A stretch of DNA of 26,761 bases from the IMG/VR virus record IMGVR_UViG_3300020045_000945, positions 1 through 26,761 of that record. The stretch is one strand, 5' to 3'. The notes beneath the pieces were generated by a model, which did no database searches, was not told where the DNA came from, and saw only the letters and a list, made by a program, of their open reading frames with translations. Each line of letters starts with the position of its first letter. Position 1 is the first letter of the stretch. This stretch comes from a virus (taxonomy: Duplodnaviria; Caudoviricetes). The position numbers and the translations under genes were made by a program. Positions 8,568-17,497 of the stretch are shown in pieces.

Positions 8568-9409
8568 CCAAACAAGCCAGAGAAGCCAAGACCAGCGCCA
8601 AGCACTTGGCCGATAGGATTAGCGCCAGGAGTTGTTGCAGACCCGCTAGTGGAGCCGCCAAGAGAGCCGTTGCCTTGTGCAATGGCCTGCATTCTTGCCA
8701 ATTGTTCCCAAGGCCGGTTTTGCGTTTCATCGGCGATGCGGTTGCGGTCATTGATTTGACGAGCAAACAAATCCTCATAAGAAGAACCGATGCCCGCGAG
8801 TGTTTGAAGCGGCGAACCCATGCCCTTGTATGCAGCGTCAAGATTCCCCATGCCCTGCTGACCAGCATTAAATTCTGCCTGCTGCGCACTGGCTTGGCGA
8901 TTGTTGTAGTTGTTCCATTCTTGGTTCATCAAGTTGCCGGTCACGTCGCCGATTGACCTTGCCAAAAGCCCCTGATGTGCAGCGCCGCCAAAACGGCCCA
9001 TGCTTGACGACTGCTGGTTTACAGCCCCGCCCGCCGCGTCCTGTGCCTGCTTCAGAACGCTTCCGAAGCCTGCTTGGTTCATCGGGTCAAACGAGGCGCT
9101 TGCTGTTTTGCGAATGCCCGCAAGCGCATCCATTTGCGGCTGGTTAAAACCGCCATTATCAATTATTTTTTGATATTGCCCCGAAAGCCCCTGACCGCCG
9201 ATATTCTGGTTTGCCATTGACTGGCCGGCATTCATCGCCTGCATGGTCTGGTTTGCAAAAGGCGTGACGTTTGACATGGTGTTAACCTGCCCGCCAATGC
9301 CCGCTTTGTAGAGGTTTTGCGCGTCCGTCAGGCCCATTTGCAGCGCGGGCTGCGCAGGCTTCCAAGGCTCGCTTGTGCTGGCCTGTGTCGTGGTTTGTTT
9401 ACCGCTCAT
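8564..9409 (-). CDS. Putative small ejection protein (P22 gp7-like position)
   Basis: 281 aa, Gln/Gly/Asn-rich. Starts MSGKQTTTQASTSEPW and ends in a hydrophobic GQVLGAGLGFSGLFG, as small podophage ejection proteins often do. Confidence 0.65.
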   Translation of the reverse strand: MSGKQTTTQASTSEPWKPAQPALQMGLTDAQNLYKAGIGGQVNTMSNVTPFANQTMQAMNAGQSMANQNIGGQGLSGQYQKIIDNGGFNQPQMDALAGIRKTASASFDPMNQAGFGSVLKQAQDAAGGAVNQQSSSMGRFGGAAHQGLLARSIGDVTGNLMNQEWNNYNNRQASAQQAEFNAGQQGMGNLDAAYKGMGSPLQTLAGIGSSYEDLFARQINDRNRIADETQNRPWEQLARMQAIAQGNGSLGGSTSGSATTPGANPIGQVLGAGLGFSGLFG

Positions 9410-9795
9410 AATTTAACCTCGTAGTCATCGCCGTTTAGATGCCCGTTGAACATGCGGAGCCACCCGCGCCGCCCTTTGCAGAGCAGCCGAGTTGCGCCGT
9501 TTTCCGTGCCGATCTTTCTGCAAAACTCATAAAATGGGCCGATCCATTGGCGCATGTCGTTGCCTGCCAATGCCCAAACTCGCAAAGCGTCATCCTCGAA
9601 CCGGAGAACGCCAGAAGCCATCACCTTGTTGCCGTCGTGAATAATGCAGAGAAACCCGTTGCCCGACCGGCACAATTGCCAGAGTTCACCCGCTGTGAGT
9701 GGGGTTGGTGAACGCCTGCAAGCCTTAGCCAAGTCGGCAACGATCAGCGGCCAAAGTGCATCCACTTCGGCAACCGACGAGAAACCTATGTGCAT
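9406..9795 (-). CDS. GNAT-like protein (T7 gp13-like position)
   Basis: 129 aa with LRVWALAGNDMRQW...GATRLLCKGRRGWLR, lying between the nozzle and ejection genes. Confidence 0.55.
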   Translation of the reverse strand: MHIGFSSVAEVDALWPLIVADLAKACRRSPTPLTAGELWQLCRSGNGFLCIIHDGNKVMASGVLRFEDDALRVWALAGNDMRQWIGPFYEFCRKIGTENGATRLLCKGRRGWLRMFNGHLNGDDYEVKL

Positions 9796-10154
9796 TAAAG
9801 CGCCCCGCGCCCCGTGCCTTCCGAAACCGCAATCACCACATCAAGCGTTGACGCTGTTTCCGCCGTGAACCGCAATTCGTCGCCTTCAAGCAACTTTATT
9901 GGAATGTCGCGCGTATATGCGCCGCCAACCGCAATCGGGTAGTTTGTCGCTATTGAATAGCTTTTTGTGTTTGCAGCGCGATAAACCTCGACCGTCACCT
10001 TTTTAATCGCCGCATTCTTGTTCGATACGTTGATGTCTATGACAGTCGAAACGGGGTCTTTCTTGGCGGTGAATATGGCTGTAGCCGTCACCGGAACGTC
10101 GTCCAGTTCATAATTGCGGACGTTTCCGCTGATATGGTTGACGGCGGAAGTCAT
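9795..10154 (-). CDS. Hypothetical tail protein (beta-sandwich-like)
   Basis: 119 aa with alternating beta-strand pattern (..IKLLEGDELRFTA..LDVVIAVSE). Overlap-coupled on both sides. Confidence 0.55.
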   Translation of the reverse strand: MTSAVNHISGNVRNYELDDVPVTATAIFTAKKDPVSTVIDINVSNKNAAIKKVTVEVYRAANTKSYSIATNYPIAVGGAYTRDIPIKLLEGDELRFTAETASTLDVVIAVSEGTGRGAL

Positions 10155-11596
10155 GCTGCACCTTCGGGACCCGCGACAGGCTCAACACCGTGCGCAATGG
10201 TCCATTCAGTCGCTGCGGGGATAGTCATGCGATATTTGTGCAGGCGTCCTGTAACACGCATATTGCACAATCCAGTGCGCGAATTTGGCGTTGATGGGTT
10301 TGACCACGTAATGTCGCCGGAATGGGTTGCTCTAGACCCAACCGAAATTGAAACGCCAGAAGCGTCTGTGATTGGCCGAACACCACTGACAAATGACCGT
10401 TCCGGCCAATGCTGGACGTTTGCAGTCTCAAGCGTTGCCGCCATTGCATCGCCGGAGAAAAAGCCGAAAGTGCCATCCGAATTAAAGCCCGCGAATGAAG
10501 GAATGCCGCCATTCCAAACATAGCTATCGAGCGAATAAGGTACGTCCTCAATTGACGGATAAAGGGCTGCAATATCTTCTAGCGTATAAGCCGCCGTTGA
10601 AAGCGGAACGAGCATCGTCTGGACGGTATCAAGCAGGGTCCAGCGGTCTAGCTGCCAATGATAGCCCAACACCTTGTTTTCGCCGGTTGTCGTCTTGAAC
10701 GTGAACCATGCAATCTTTTTGATAGGATCGACTGTTCCCTGAATTTGGCGGATTTCGCTAATGTCGGAATAGGTCGAAAACCATTCATCAACCCGCTGCG
10801 CGCCGATTGGCTGCGCTTGTGGGCCACGGAAAAACCCGTCCGTGCAATAGTGGATAAAATCATTCGGGCCGGTCGACACGATGGAATAAGGCGCAACCGT
10901 TGCTCTGGAAGTGTTCACATCGGTCAATGCGTAGGTATAGCCCGTATTCGGGGTCAGCGTGATTTTCCGCACCCGATCAGTGTAAAACACATAGCCGCCG
11001 AACTGATCACCAACCCCGCCGACCACATCACCCGAACCGCCGCCCGGCTGATAGTCAGCGCCCGCTTCGCCAACGGTCCACTGCGCAATGTCTTCAAGCC
11101 CTGAATTATAAATGCGATCAGCGCCCGCCGTGGTATTCCCTGCGAACAGATACCCGCCGCAAACCCAGATGAACTTTGCCTGTGGAGGCGATCCTGGCAG
11201 CGCCGAAAATTCCGTGTCAACATCAAGGTCAAAAACCTGCATCACGTCGCCAATGTTCGTCGCAACGATGTAATGCCCGAATTGCAGGATTGACCAAAAG
11301 TGATCGTCCGCAAGGTTATACGGCCCGCCAACCAACCGGCTAACGTCTGTCCAGGTCGCGGTCCCCTGCACATATTTGTAGATGGCCGTCGAGGTGAACG
11401 CGAAGATGGTATAAACGCCAAGCGTTGACCGCCCCGCAATCGCACCCCTGCATTCAGAGCCAAGCGAGGTTGAAAGCGCCTCGAATGACGGAAACGGCCC
11501 CCAACCATCCGCAACAGGAATGGCGTTTGTTGCCACGTCTGTCGCATCCGCGTTAAACGGGGATTTGTCTGGCTCGAATGGTGCGAAGAAATTCAT
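10151..11596 (-). CDS. Tail nozzle / DNA stabilization protein (P22 gp10 / T7 gp12-like)
   Basis: 481 aa, Trp/Asp/Gly-rich with a beta-propeller-like composition. Directly after the adaptor. Confidence 0.7.
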   Translation of the reverse strand: MNFFAPFEPDKSPFNADATDVATNAIPVADGWGPFPSFEALSTSLGSECRGAIAGRSTLGVYTIFAFTSTAIYKYVQGTATWTDVSRLVGGPYNLADDHFWSILQFGHYIVATNIGDVMQVFDLDVDTEFSALPGSPPQAKFIWVCGGYLFAGNTTAGADRIYNSGLEDIAQWTVGEAGADYQPGGGSGDVVGGVGDQFGGYVFYTDRVRKITLTPNTGYTYALTDVNTSRATVAPYSIVSTGPNDFIHYCTDGFFRGPQAQPIGAQRVDEWFSTYSDISEIRQIQGTVDPIKKIAWFTFKTTTGENKVLGYHWQLDRWTLLDTVQTMLVPLSTAAYTLEDIAALYPSIEDVPYSLDSYVWNGGIPSFAGFNSDGTFGFFSGDAMAATLETANVQHWPERSFVSGVRPITDASGVSISVGSRATHSGDITWSNPSTPNSRTGLCNMRVTGRLHKYRMTIPAATEWTIAHGVEPVAGPEGAA

Positions 11597-12229
11597 TTAC
11601 ACCAATTCCCAATGACCATAAGGCGCACGAACCAAGGCCGGATCAACCGTCAACTGGCCGCGCTTGGATTGAGACAGGACGTTCTTTGTCTCTGCGATAA
11701 ACTCATCAAGTAGGCTCTTGAAGCCAGCCGCTTGGCTCACGTCCTTGATGTAAACGCTACCCCACACGATTGACGCCGCGAGATACACGTCAGGATGATC
11801 AGTCAGGAGTTTGTTTGTCGGGGCTGCATCGCTCAACGCAAACCGGCCTTGATACCGGAAGCGGAACGAATAAGCTTGATCCAATGGGCAATCGAAATCA
11901 ATGTTGGTTCCGTCTATAGACCAAAAGGACGGCTGTCCGTTCGTGTCGTCATAGGCAAATGAACCATCGGTCTTGCGTGTGACTTCAACCTCATCACCTT
12001 CCACCACCACAAACAGGGCTATCGGCTGGACAAGTGAGACGCTGGAAATGTCAATGCGACGGCTTGAGGCAATGCCGGTCAAGGTTGTGTCAGTCTCGAC
12101 CATCTTCAAAAGCCGGTTCAACCGTGCCTCTGCAAGCGTGATGAAGTCGGCAACGTTTCCGGTTAAATCGGACCTTGCCATATAGTCGGCAATCGCTGTC
12201 TTTAGTTCTGAATATGTGCTGATTGCCAT
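11597..12229 (-). CDS. Head-tail adaptor protein
   Basis: MAISTYSELKTAIADYMARSDL..FITLAEARLNRLL..HPDVYLAAS, a recognisable podophage adaptor pattern. First gene after the coat. Confidence 0.75.
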   Translation of the reverse strand: MAISTYSELKTAIADYMARSDLTGNVADFITLAEARLNRLLKMVETDTTLTGIASSRRIDISSVSLVQPIALFVVVEGDEVEVTRKTDGSFAYDDTNGQPSFWSIDGTNIDFDCPLDQAYSFRFRYQGRFALSDAAPTNKLLTDHPDVYLAASIVWGSVYIKDVSQAAGFKSLLDEFIAETKNVLSQSKRGQLTVDPALVRAPYGHWELV

Positions 12230-12240
12230 GTCACGCCCTC

Positions 12241-12274
12241 AAAAGAGAAAGGGGCCAGCAAAAGCCAGCCCCCT
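12241..12274 (-). terminator. Rho-independent terminator after the coat gene
   Basis: Minus strand GGGGCTGGC-TTTT-GCTGGCCCC (with G-U pairs) followed by TTTCTCTTTT, about 10 nt after the coat stop codon. Confidence 0.8.
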
Positions 12275-12282
12275 CGTTATTG

Positions 12283-13530
12283 TTAGGCAGTGCCGGACAG
12301 ACGCAGCGCCTGACGCGGGTCAATGCACTTGGTCCCGTAAAGCACATCCAGACGCCAGTTTGAAACGTCGTTCGTGCCGTCATAGACCGGAATGACGCGC
12401 ACGTTCAGGCCCTTGTAGGACTGACGCGACACGTCAACAGCACCCGGAGGCGATACCAGCGGAACCGTCACAAGAGCGAAAGCGTTCTTGTTGAACACAA
12501 GGTTCTGACGATAGCCGGTGGACTGCGATCCAAGGAAGGTAACAGCCTGATTGTTCAGATCAGACACACCGGCAACATCAACGTTCTTGAAAGGGCCGGT
12601 CCAGATAATTGCCGGGGAAATAATCAAGTCGCCTTCGTTTGCCGACATGGTGGCGTCAGCCGTAACCACGAACTGCTTGAGGAACGGCAGTCGGGCCTTG
12701 GTGACGCTGTTGACTGCCCACACACCATCAATGGTGAACACGTCGCCAGCCTTCACAACAGCCGCAGCAGTCGTAAAGCCATCCATGTGGATGGTCTGGA
12801 CGTTCGTATCCTTGATCGAAGCATAGGTCGGAGTGCCTGAAACAATCGACAGATCAATCAGCACCGTGCCAGCAAAGTTACCGGTCGTATGCGTCTGGAT
12901 ATTCTGCGACATGAACGTGTCAACGCCGCCGACCATGCCGAGCGAACCCTTGCGATAGGCGTCAGATGCTGCATTCTGAATGTAGAGTGCAGTCTGTGCG
13001 CCAACCATGCCAGCCTCATCAGCAGGCGAGAGGAGCGCAGTACGGCCATCCATCGGGACACCAAACTCATTCAGACGCTCAGGACCCTTGTAGAAGTCCG
13101 AAAACGAATTGACGGTTTGGCCAGGAGTGCCGACCCATGACGGAACCGACGAATAGAGCGCCAGCAAGTCGCTGTCGATCTGGTTCGCAAGCTGCACCAT
13201 TGCAGGCTTGATCACGCGTTCGGAAAGTTCACCGATTTTCAGCGTCAGGTCCGAAGACGAGAAGCCAAAGTCGATGCCCTTGCGCTTGTTGACGACGATG
13301 GTGGTCGAGCCTTCCGTCACGTCCTGTGCAGCAAGCACAGCGCCGTCGCGAACGGTGAAGTCAGTCGGCTTGCGAATGGTGAGCGTGTCGCCAATCTTGT
13401 AGCCGTTGATATTCTTGTCAAAGTCGCCTTCATAGCCGCGAAAAACCTTCTTGGCGGCTACAAGTTCATTGTCGAGAATCGCCACCGCTTCTTTAGCGAT
13501 AATGCTGGCGGTAAGTGTGGAGTTAGCCAT
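12283..13530 (-). CDS. Major capsid protein, P22 coat (gp5) family
   Basis: MANSTLT..IAKEAVAILDNEL..KIGDTLTIRKP..VIKPAMVQLANQIDSDL..RLDVLYGTKCIDP. Confidence 0.92.
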   Translation of the reverse strand: MANSTLTASIIAKEAVAILDNELVAAKKVFRGYEGDFDKNINGYKIGDTLTIRKPTDFTVRDGAVLAAQDVTEGSTTIVVNKRKGIDFGFSSSDLTLKIGELSERVIKPAMVQLANQIDSDLLALYSSVPSWVGTPGQTVNSFSDFYKGPERLNEFGVPMDGRTALLSPADEAGMVGAQTALYIQNAASDAYRKGSLGMVGGVDTFMSQNIQTHTTGNFAGTVLIDLSIVSGTPTYASIKDTNVQTIHMDGFTTAAAVVKAGDVFTIDGVWAVNSVTKARLPFLKQFVVTADATMSANEGDLIISPAIIWTGPFKNVDVAGVSDLNNQAVTFLGSQSTGYRQNLVFNKNAFALVTVPLVSPPGAVDVSRQSYKGLNVRVIPVYDGTNDVSNWRLDVLYGTKCIDPRQALRLSGTA

Positions 13531-13548
13531 GATTTTGGCCTTTCAAAG

Positions 13549-14454
13549 TTAGCGTTGTTTTTTCCGCCACTCGACATATTCATCCATGCTCATGTTCTCC
13601 GGTGACTTGACCGAAGGAACGCTTGACTTGGCTGTTATGCGGTTGAGTGGCTGTGGCTTTGCCGCGACCGGAGCCGGTTTCGCAGCGCTACGTTGCAAGG
13701 CTTGGTATCCAAGGTTTGCGTAGTACAACGTGCGGTAAATCTGTGGGCTATACGCTGTTTTGAGCGTATCCACGTCATAACCGAGCGTGTTCATCGCAAA
13801 GTTTGTGACTTGAGCGTCAATTTCCTCAGTCCAGCCGGGAATTTCCTTTTCGGCAAACTGGCGAGTTTCCTGCAAGCGCTTGGCAATGTCCTGCTGCGCA
13901 TTCACAGACCGCTGCTGTTCAGCCGTTTGCAGGTATTGCGCGACCTGCCCGCGTTGCTTCTGCAATTCCTCGAAGTTCCAGCGATGCTGTTGAGCGCCCA
14001 ACGGGTCTTCATTAAGCAACGCTTGCCAATCGACATTTGCATACTGCTGTAACTGGCTGTCGAGATTGAGAGCCAGCGACCGAGCGCCCAATTCCTCTTG
14101 CGAGGCGGAGCGCACTTGTTCGGCTTCTGCCCGATAGGCTTCGGCCTGTTTCCTGATTTCGGCGACTTCCTGCGTTTTGCGGGTGTAGTCCTGCTGGCGA
14201 AGGAAGGCTTCCTTGAGTTCAGGCGGGACCTGATATGTCTTGCCGTCATACTCAACATCGGCAAATTCAGGCTCTAGAAGCCCTTCCGTGACCGCTTCCG
14301 TGCCATCTTCTGGCGCATCAACGGTTTCCGTCTCGTTTGGGGAATCAAGGCTAACCGGCCCTTCATCCTTGACGATTTCCGTTTCTGGCGTCTGTGCCTC
14401 GATTGTCGGGGTTTCCGGTTCGATGACAGGCGTGTTTGTTTCATCGTTCAACAT
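13549..14454 (-). CDS. Scaffolding protein
   Basis: Acidic N-terminus, the DYTRKTQEVAE motif, coiled coil and C-terminal MSMDEYVEWRKKQR. Immediately upstream of the coat. Confidence 0.85.
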   Translation of the reverse strand: MLNDETNTPVIEPETPTIEAQTPETEIVKDEGPVSLDSPNETETVDAPEDGTEAVTEGLLEPEFADVEYDGKTYQVPPELKEAFLRQQDYTRKTQEVAEIRKQAEAYRAEAEQVRSASQEELGARSLALNLDSQLQQYANVDWQALLNEDPLGAQQHRWNFEELQKQRGQVAQYLQTAEQQRSVNAQQDIAKRLQETRQFAEKEIPGWTEEIDAQVTNFAMNTLGYDVDTLKTAYSPQIYRTLYYANLGYQALQRSAAKPAPVAAKPQPLNRITAKSSVPSVKSPENMSMDEYVEWRKKQR

Positions 14455-14460
14455 AACGAG

Positions 14461-14482
14461 TGCAGTCCTTTCGGGTGTTGCA
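14461..14482 (-). promoter_or_regulatory. RBS-sequestering GNRA hairpin upstream of the scaffold gene (copy 2 of the motif)
   Basis: TGCA-ACAC-CC-GAAA-GG-AC-TGCA, then 6 nt, then ATG. 16 of 22 positions match the terS leader element. Confidence 0.6.
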
Positions 14483-14503
14483 AAGGGGCCGGAAAGCGTC
14501 CGG

Positions 14504-15316
14504 TTACGCAGCCGCCATAATCAAGATCAGGGCGTCTTCGTCGTCCTGAAGCATTGCAAGGCGGTATTCTTCGGCAAGCCTTTCAGCTTGTTGCCAGATG
14601 ATCTGGTCGTATTGGGCCAACTGCATTTGCAGGGCGTCAAAATCAAGCAGGGGAAGGCTGTCCAGCGCATCGGCGACCATCGGGGCGACTTGGCCCATGA
14701 TTTCCGTCGTCAGCAGCCCTTGAGCCTTTAATTCCCGTTCTATCGCACGGCGGATTGTGCGTTTGACTTGAGGCTTGTTTGCCTCAATCCATTCCTTGCC
14801 GCGCTGCTTGGCTTGTTCGATCAGTGCCGATACAAGCGCAATCTTGTGCCGGTCTGGCCCGCTGTTTGGCCAGTTGACTTCCGGTGTGGTTACGACTTCT
14901 GGTTCAGGCGTTGCTTCGGAATAGGTTAGGTCAACCGTTCCGCCCGTAAGCGTGACATTTGCAGGAGAAACGGAAAGTTGTCTTGAAACCCTTAAGTTGA
15001 CTGACGCGCCGGTAAGCGTGACCGCCGATGTGTTGACCGTCAGACGCCGAGCCGTGCGAAGCGTAACCGATTGACCGGACAACGTTACCGCCGCCGTTGA
15101 AACGGTCAGTTTCCGCCCGATACGAAGATTGACGCTCGATCCTGTCAGCGCAATCGCGGACGTTGTGACCGATAATTGACGCGCCACCCTTAGCGTGACG
15201 CTTGAACCTGCAAGAGTAACCGCCGCCGTGTTGACGGTTAGTGTATAAGCACCCGCCGCCGCTGTAACAGGAAGCGCCGAAAGTGGCGTTGATGAAAGCG
15301 GACCAAAACCCTGCAT
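14504..15316 (-). CDS. Repeat-containing structural protein (5 x 22 aa)
   Basis: 270 aa: N-terminal GFGPLSSTPLSALP, five tandem repeats, then a helical acidic C-terminus (QDDEDALILIMAAA). Confidence 0.7.
   Translation of the reverse strand: MQGFGPLSSTPLSALPVTAAAGAYTLTVNTAAVTLAGSSVTLRVARQLSVTTSAIALTGSSVNLRIGRKLTVSTAAVTLSGQSVTLRTARRLTVNTSAVTLTGASVNLRVSRQLSVSPANVTLTGGTVDLTYSEATPEPEVVTTPEVNWPNSGPDRHKIALVSALIEQAKQRGKEWIEANKPQVKRTIRRAIERELKAQGLLTTEIMGQVAPMVADALDSLPLLDFDALQMQLAQYDQIIWQQAERLAEEYRLAMLQDDEDALILIMAAA
14918..15247 (-). repeat. Five tandem 66-bp / 22-aa degenerate repeats
   Basis: YTLTVNTAAVTLAGSSVTLRVA / RQLSVTTSAIALTGSSVNLRIG / RKLTVSTAAVTLSGQSVTLRTA / RRLTVNTSAVTLTGASVNLRVS / RQLSVSPANVTLTGGTVDLTYS. 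Confidence 0.9.
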
Positions 15317-15319
15317 AGT

Positions 15320-16234
15320 TTAGCCCGCCATTATAATTATTACGCCGTCTCCACCTCTGCCGCCGTTGCCCGCCGTACCGCCCGCACCGGATGAATTGCC
15401 ACCACCGCCGCCACCGCCGCCAATGCCTGCATTGCCGCCCGCACCCGCCGCGCCGGTCGTATGTCCGCCGCCGCCAGTGCCACCAGAGAAAAGCATTGGA
15501 AACGATGAGCGACCGGGCAAAAGCAATTTACCAAGGTTAAAGCCGTGGTTTCCTGCGCCGCCCGTCGTACCTGTTCCGCCAGAGATAGCCGGAAACAACC
15601 CTGCGGCAGTAATTACACCGCCCGCCGCCGTGCCGTTGCCCCCACCCGCGCCGCCCGATGTAATAATGCCCGATGCGCCGATCGTAATACCCGTTACAGC
15701 GCCATTTGCCGCCGCGCTTCCTGCTGTTCCGGCTTGGCCAGCAGTAGAAACCCACGTTCCTAGTGCCACAAAAGGACCTGTAGCCGTACCAATGCCACCA
15801 GCGGTTCCCGCCGTACTCGTTGCCGCTCCGCCGCCGCCGTTGCCGCCCGGTTGTGTGGCGATTAAATTTGCTGTCGCTGTGAGTGGTTGCACCGCAATAT
15901 AAGATATTGTTCCCGCCGTGCCGCCCGCTGACGTTGTTGCACCCAGACCGCCGTTGCCAACACGGACAAAAATAGTATCTGGCAGCATAAATGCAGGAAC
16001 GCCAGTGAGGCGCGTCATACCGCCACCACCGCCGCCGCCCGATGCTACCGTTGCCGCACCGCCAGCACCTTTGCCGCCACCACCGCCCGCCGCGATCATG
16101 TAGAAGTTAACCCATGTGCAGCCGTTTGGCTTTTGCCATGTCTGCCAACTGTTCGTCGTCGTCGCATTTTGAACGGCATTGAATATCTGGATATTTGCCG
16201 TGCCTGTCATGGGGAATGACGAGTTCGGAAACAT
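15320..16234 (-). CDS. Glycine-rich fibre-tip / adhesin-like protein
   Basis: TWQKPNGCTWVNFYMIAAGGGGG..GGGGGG..VRVGNGG..GGRGGDGVIII, the glycine-rich domain pattern seen in phage fibre proteins. Confidence 0.75.
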   Translation of the reverse strand: MFPNSSFPMTGTANIQIFNAVQNATTTNSWQTWQKPNGCTWVNFYMIAAGGGGGKGAGGAATVASGGGGGGGMTRLTGVPAFMLPDTIFVRVGNGGLGATTSAGGTAGTISYIAVQPLTATANLIATQPGGNGGGGAATSTAGTAGGIGTATGPFVALGTWVSTAGQAGTAGSAAANGAVTGITIGASGIITSGGAGGGNGTAAGGVITAAGLFPAISGGTGTTGGAGNHGFNLGKLLLPGRSSFPMLFSGGTGGGGHTTGAAGAGGNAGIGGGGGGGGNSSGAGGTAGNGGRGGDGVIIIMAG

Positions 16235-16692
16235 CAGTATTTACCACCCACAACCAAGGGATTGAAGCCCGTCGTGGCCGCACCAGTTGATGTACCGAAT
16301 GTCATCAGCAACTTTGTCGATGCGGGAAGGCCAAAGCCTACCGGAATATCATAAACAGGGCTGGCCGCAGTATTGGAAGCCGTCCAAGCCGCAATAGACA
16401 ACTCTGCGATCATCGTTGTGTTTGCCGCCGTGTTTGTCGTTCCTGGCGTGAATGCACCCGTTGCCGAACAATACCAAAGGCGGGCAACCGTTGCCGCCGT
16501 TGTTGAAACAGGCTTGAGACGGACGTAATTGACATATCCGCCATCCGTCGAATCCGCCGTGAAAATCAGCGTTGTATTTGCGCCTGTTCCATCCGTTGCC
16601 GTGTTTGCAGACGTGCCGATAATGGCACCGGCTAGTTGAATATCCCATGTTCTGGAATAAATCGGGTCGGTGTTTGCTGTTGCAATCGCCAT
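16234..16692 (-). CDS. Hypothetical structural protein
   Basis: 152 aa, Thr/Ala-rich and beta-rich. GAGG RBS and TGATG coupling to the Gly-rich gene. Confidence 0.6.
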   Translation of the reverse strand: MAIATANTDPIYSRTWDIQLAGAIIGTSANTATDGTGANTTLIFTADSTDGGYVNYVRLKPVSTTAATVARLWYCSATGAFTPGTTNTAANTTMIAELSIAAWTASNTAASPVYDIPVGFGLPASTKLLMTFGTSTGAATTGFNPLVVGGKY

Positions 16693-16700
16693 TTATCGCC

Positions 16701-17063
16701 TCACAAGGTCGTCGCGCCGAAGCGCATTGTTTCAATCCGTCCGCGATCAATCAGATCATTGGCAAAGTAAGCAGGCAGATCACACCACACATCTTTTGTC
16801 CCCGCGCTGAAATTCACAGCCGCGCCTGCATTGCTTGAGGCCGTCACGAAAACCCGTTCAAGCGTGGTTCCGGTCGCAAGTTTTCCATATCCGACTTCCC
16901 AATCCGTGCCATCCGTAATCACGTAAGGAATGCGCGTTGTGCCTGTCGCAAAAGCCGTGGCAAATGCCTGATAGCCTGTCGGCGCCGTGCCGGACAAAGT
17001 AACCGTGCCGGTCCCTGTCGTTGTCGTCGTGTCTTTTACGCGGTCCTTGAATTGAGGCATCAA
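16701..17063 (-). CDS. Fibre N-terminal-like domain protein (stand-alone)
   Basis: DRVKDTTTTTGTGTVTL..FATAF..PYVITDGTDWEVGYG..SSNAGAAVNFSAGTKDVW resembles N-terminal domains of proteobacterial phage fibre proteins. The start may be ATG 17060. Confidence 0.6.
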   Translation of the reverse strand: MMPQFKDRVKDTTTTTGTGTVTLSGTAPTGYQAFATAFATGTTRIPYVITDGTDWEVGYGKLATGTTLERVFVTASSNAGAAVNFSAGTKDVWCDLPAYFANDLIDRGRIETMRFGATTL

Positions 17064-17497
17064 GCCACCGTGAAGATTGACGCGCCGTGGTCTAGCGTCA
17101 GAGTTTCGGTATCGGCCAAGGTCAATGCCGAGCCGTAATTGACATAGCCGATCAAAGCATCAGCCGGTGAAACCGTCGTGTCATTGTAATAAACCGCGTA
17201 CTGAAACGGCCCGATTGAACCGCCCGAAGCCGTGATAACCTCATCAGCCGCTGTGAATGTTCCCGTGCCTGCGCTTTCCGTGTAGGTCACGCTGTCGAGC
17301 GCATACCCGCCACCAGCGCCGCCTGTATATCCACCGCCCGTTGAAAGCTGTGTAATGTCAGCCAAAGCCACGTGTGTCGCCACATTTGGCGCGGCATTGG
17401 TCAAAGCAACCCTGATCGAATTGACCGCAAGGTTATGGTTGCCCTTGCCAAGTTGCTCTTTGAAGTCTTGGTAAAATGTGAATGTTGAAGCTGGCAT
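17060..17497 (-). CDS. Hypothetical structural protein
   Basis: 145 aa, FKEQLGKGNHNL..IRVALTN..GGGYTGG..IGPFQYAVYYN..LIGYVNYG. TAATG-coupled to the portal gene. Confidence 0.65.
   Translation of the reverse strand: MPASTFTFYQDFKEQLGKGNHNLAVNSIRVALTNAAPNVATHVALADITQLSTGGGYTGGAGGGYALDSVTYTESAGTGTFTAADEVITASGGSIGPFQYAVYYNDTTVSPADALIGYVNYGSALTLADTETLTLDHGASIFTVA

Noticed and set aside
10152-10175. CCCGAAGGTGCAGC-ATG before the 119-aa gene as a third copy of the terS/scaffold operator
   Set aside because: It lacks the GNRA loop geometry, the 5' GCA arm and the 6-nt spacing. It is probably just an RBS.
15340-16100. Dense CCG/GCC repeats suggesting a repeat array or a Pro-rich plus-strand protein
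   Set aside because: They are the Gly codons of the glycine-rich protein on the minus strand. There is no repeat-spacer structure, so this is not CRISPR.
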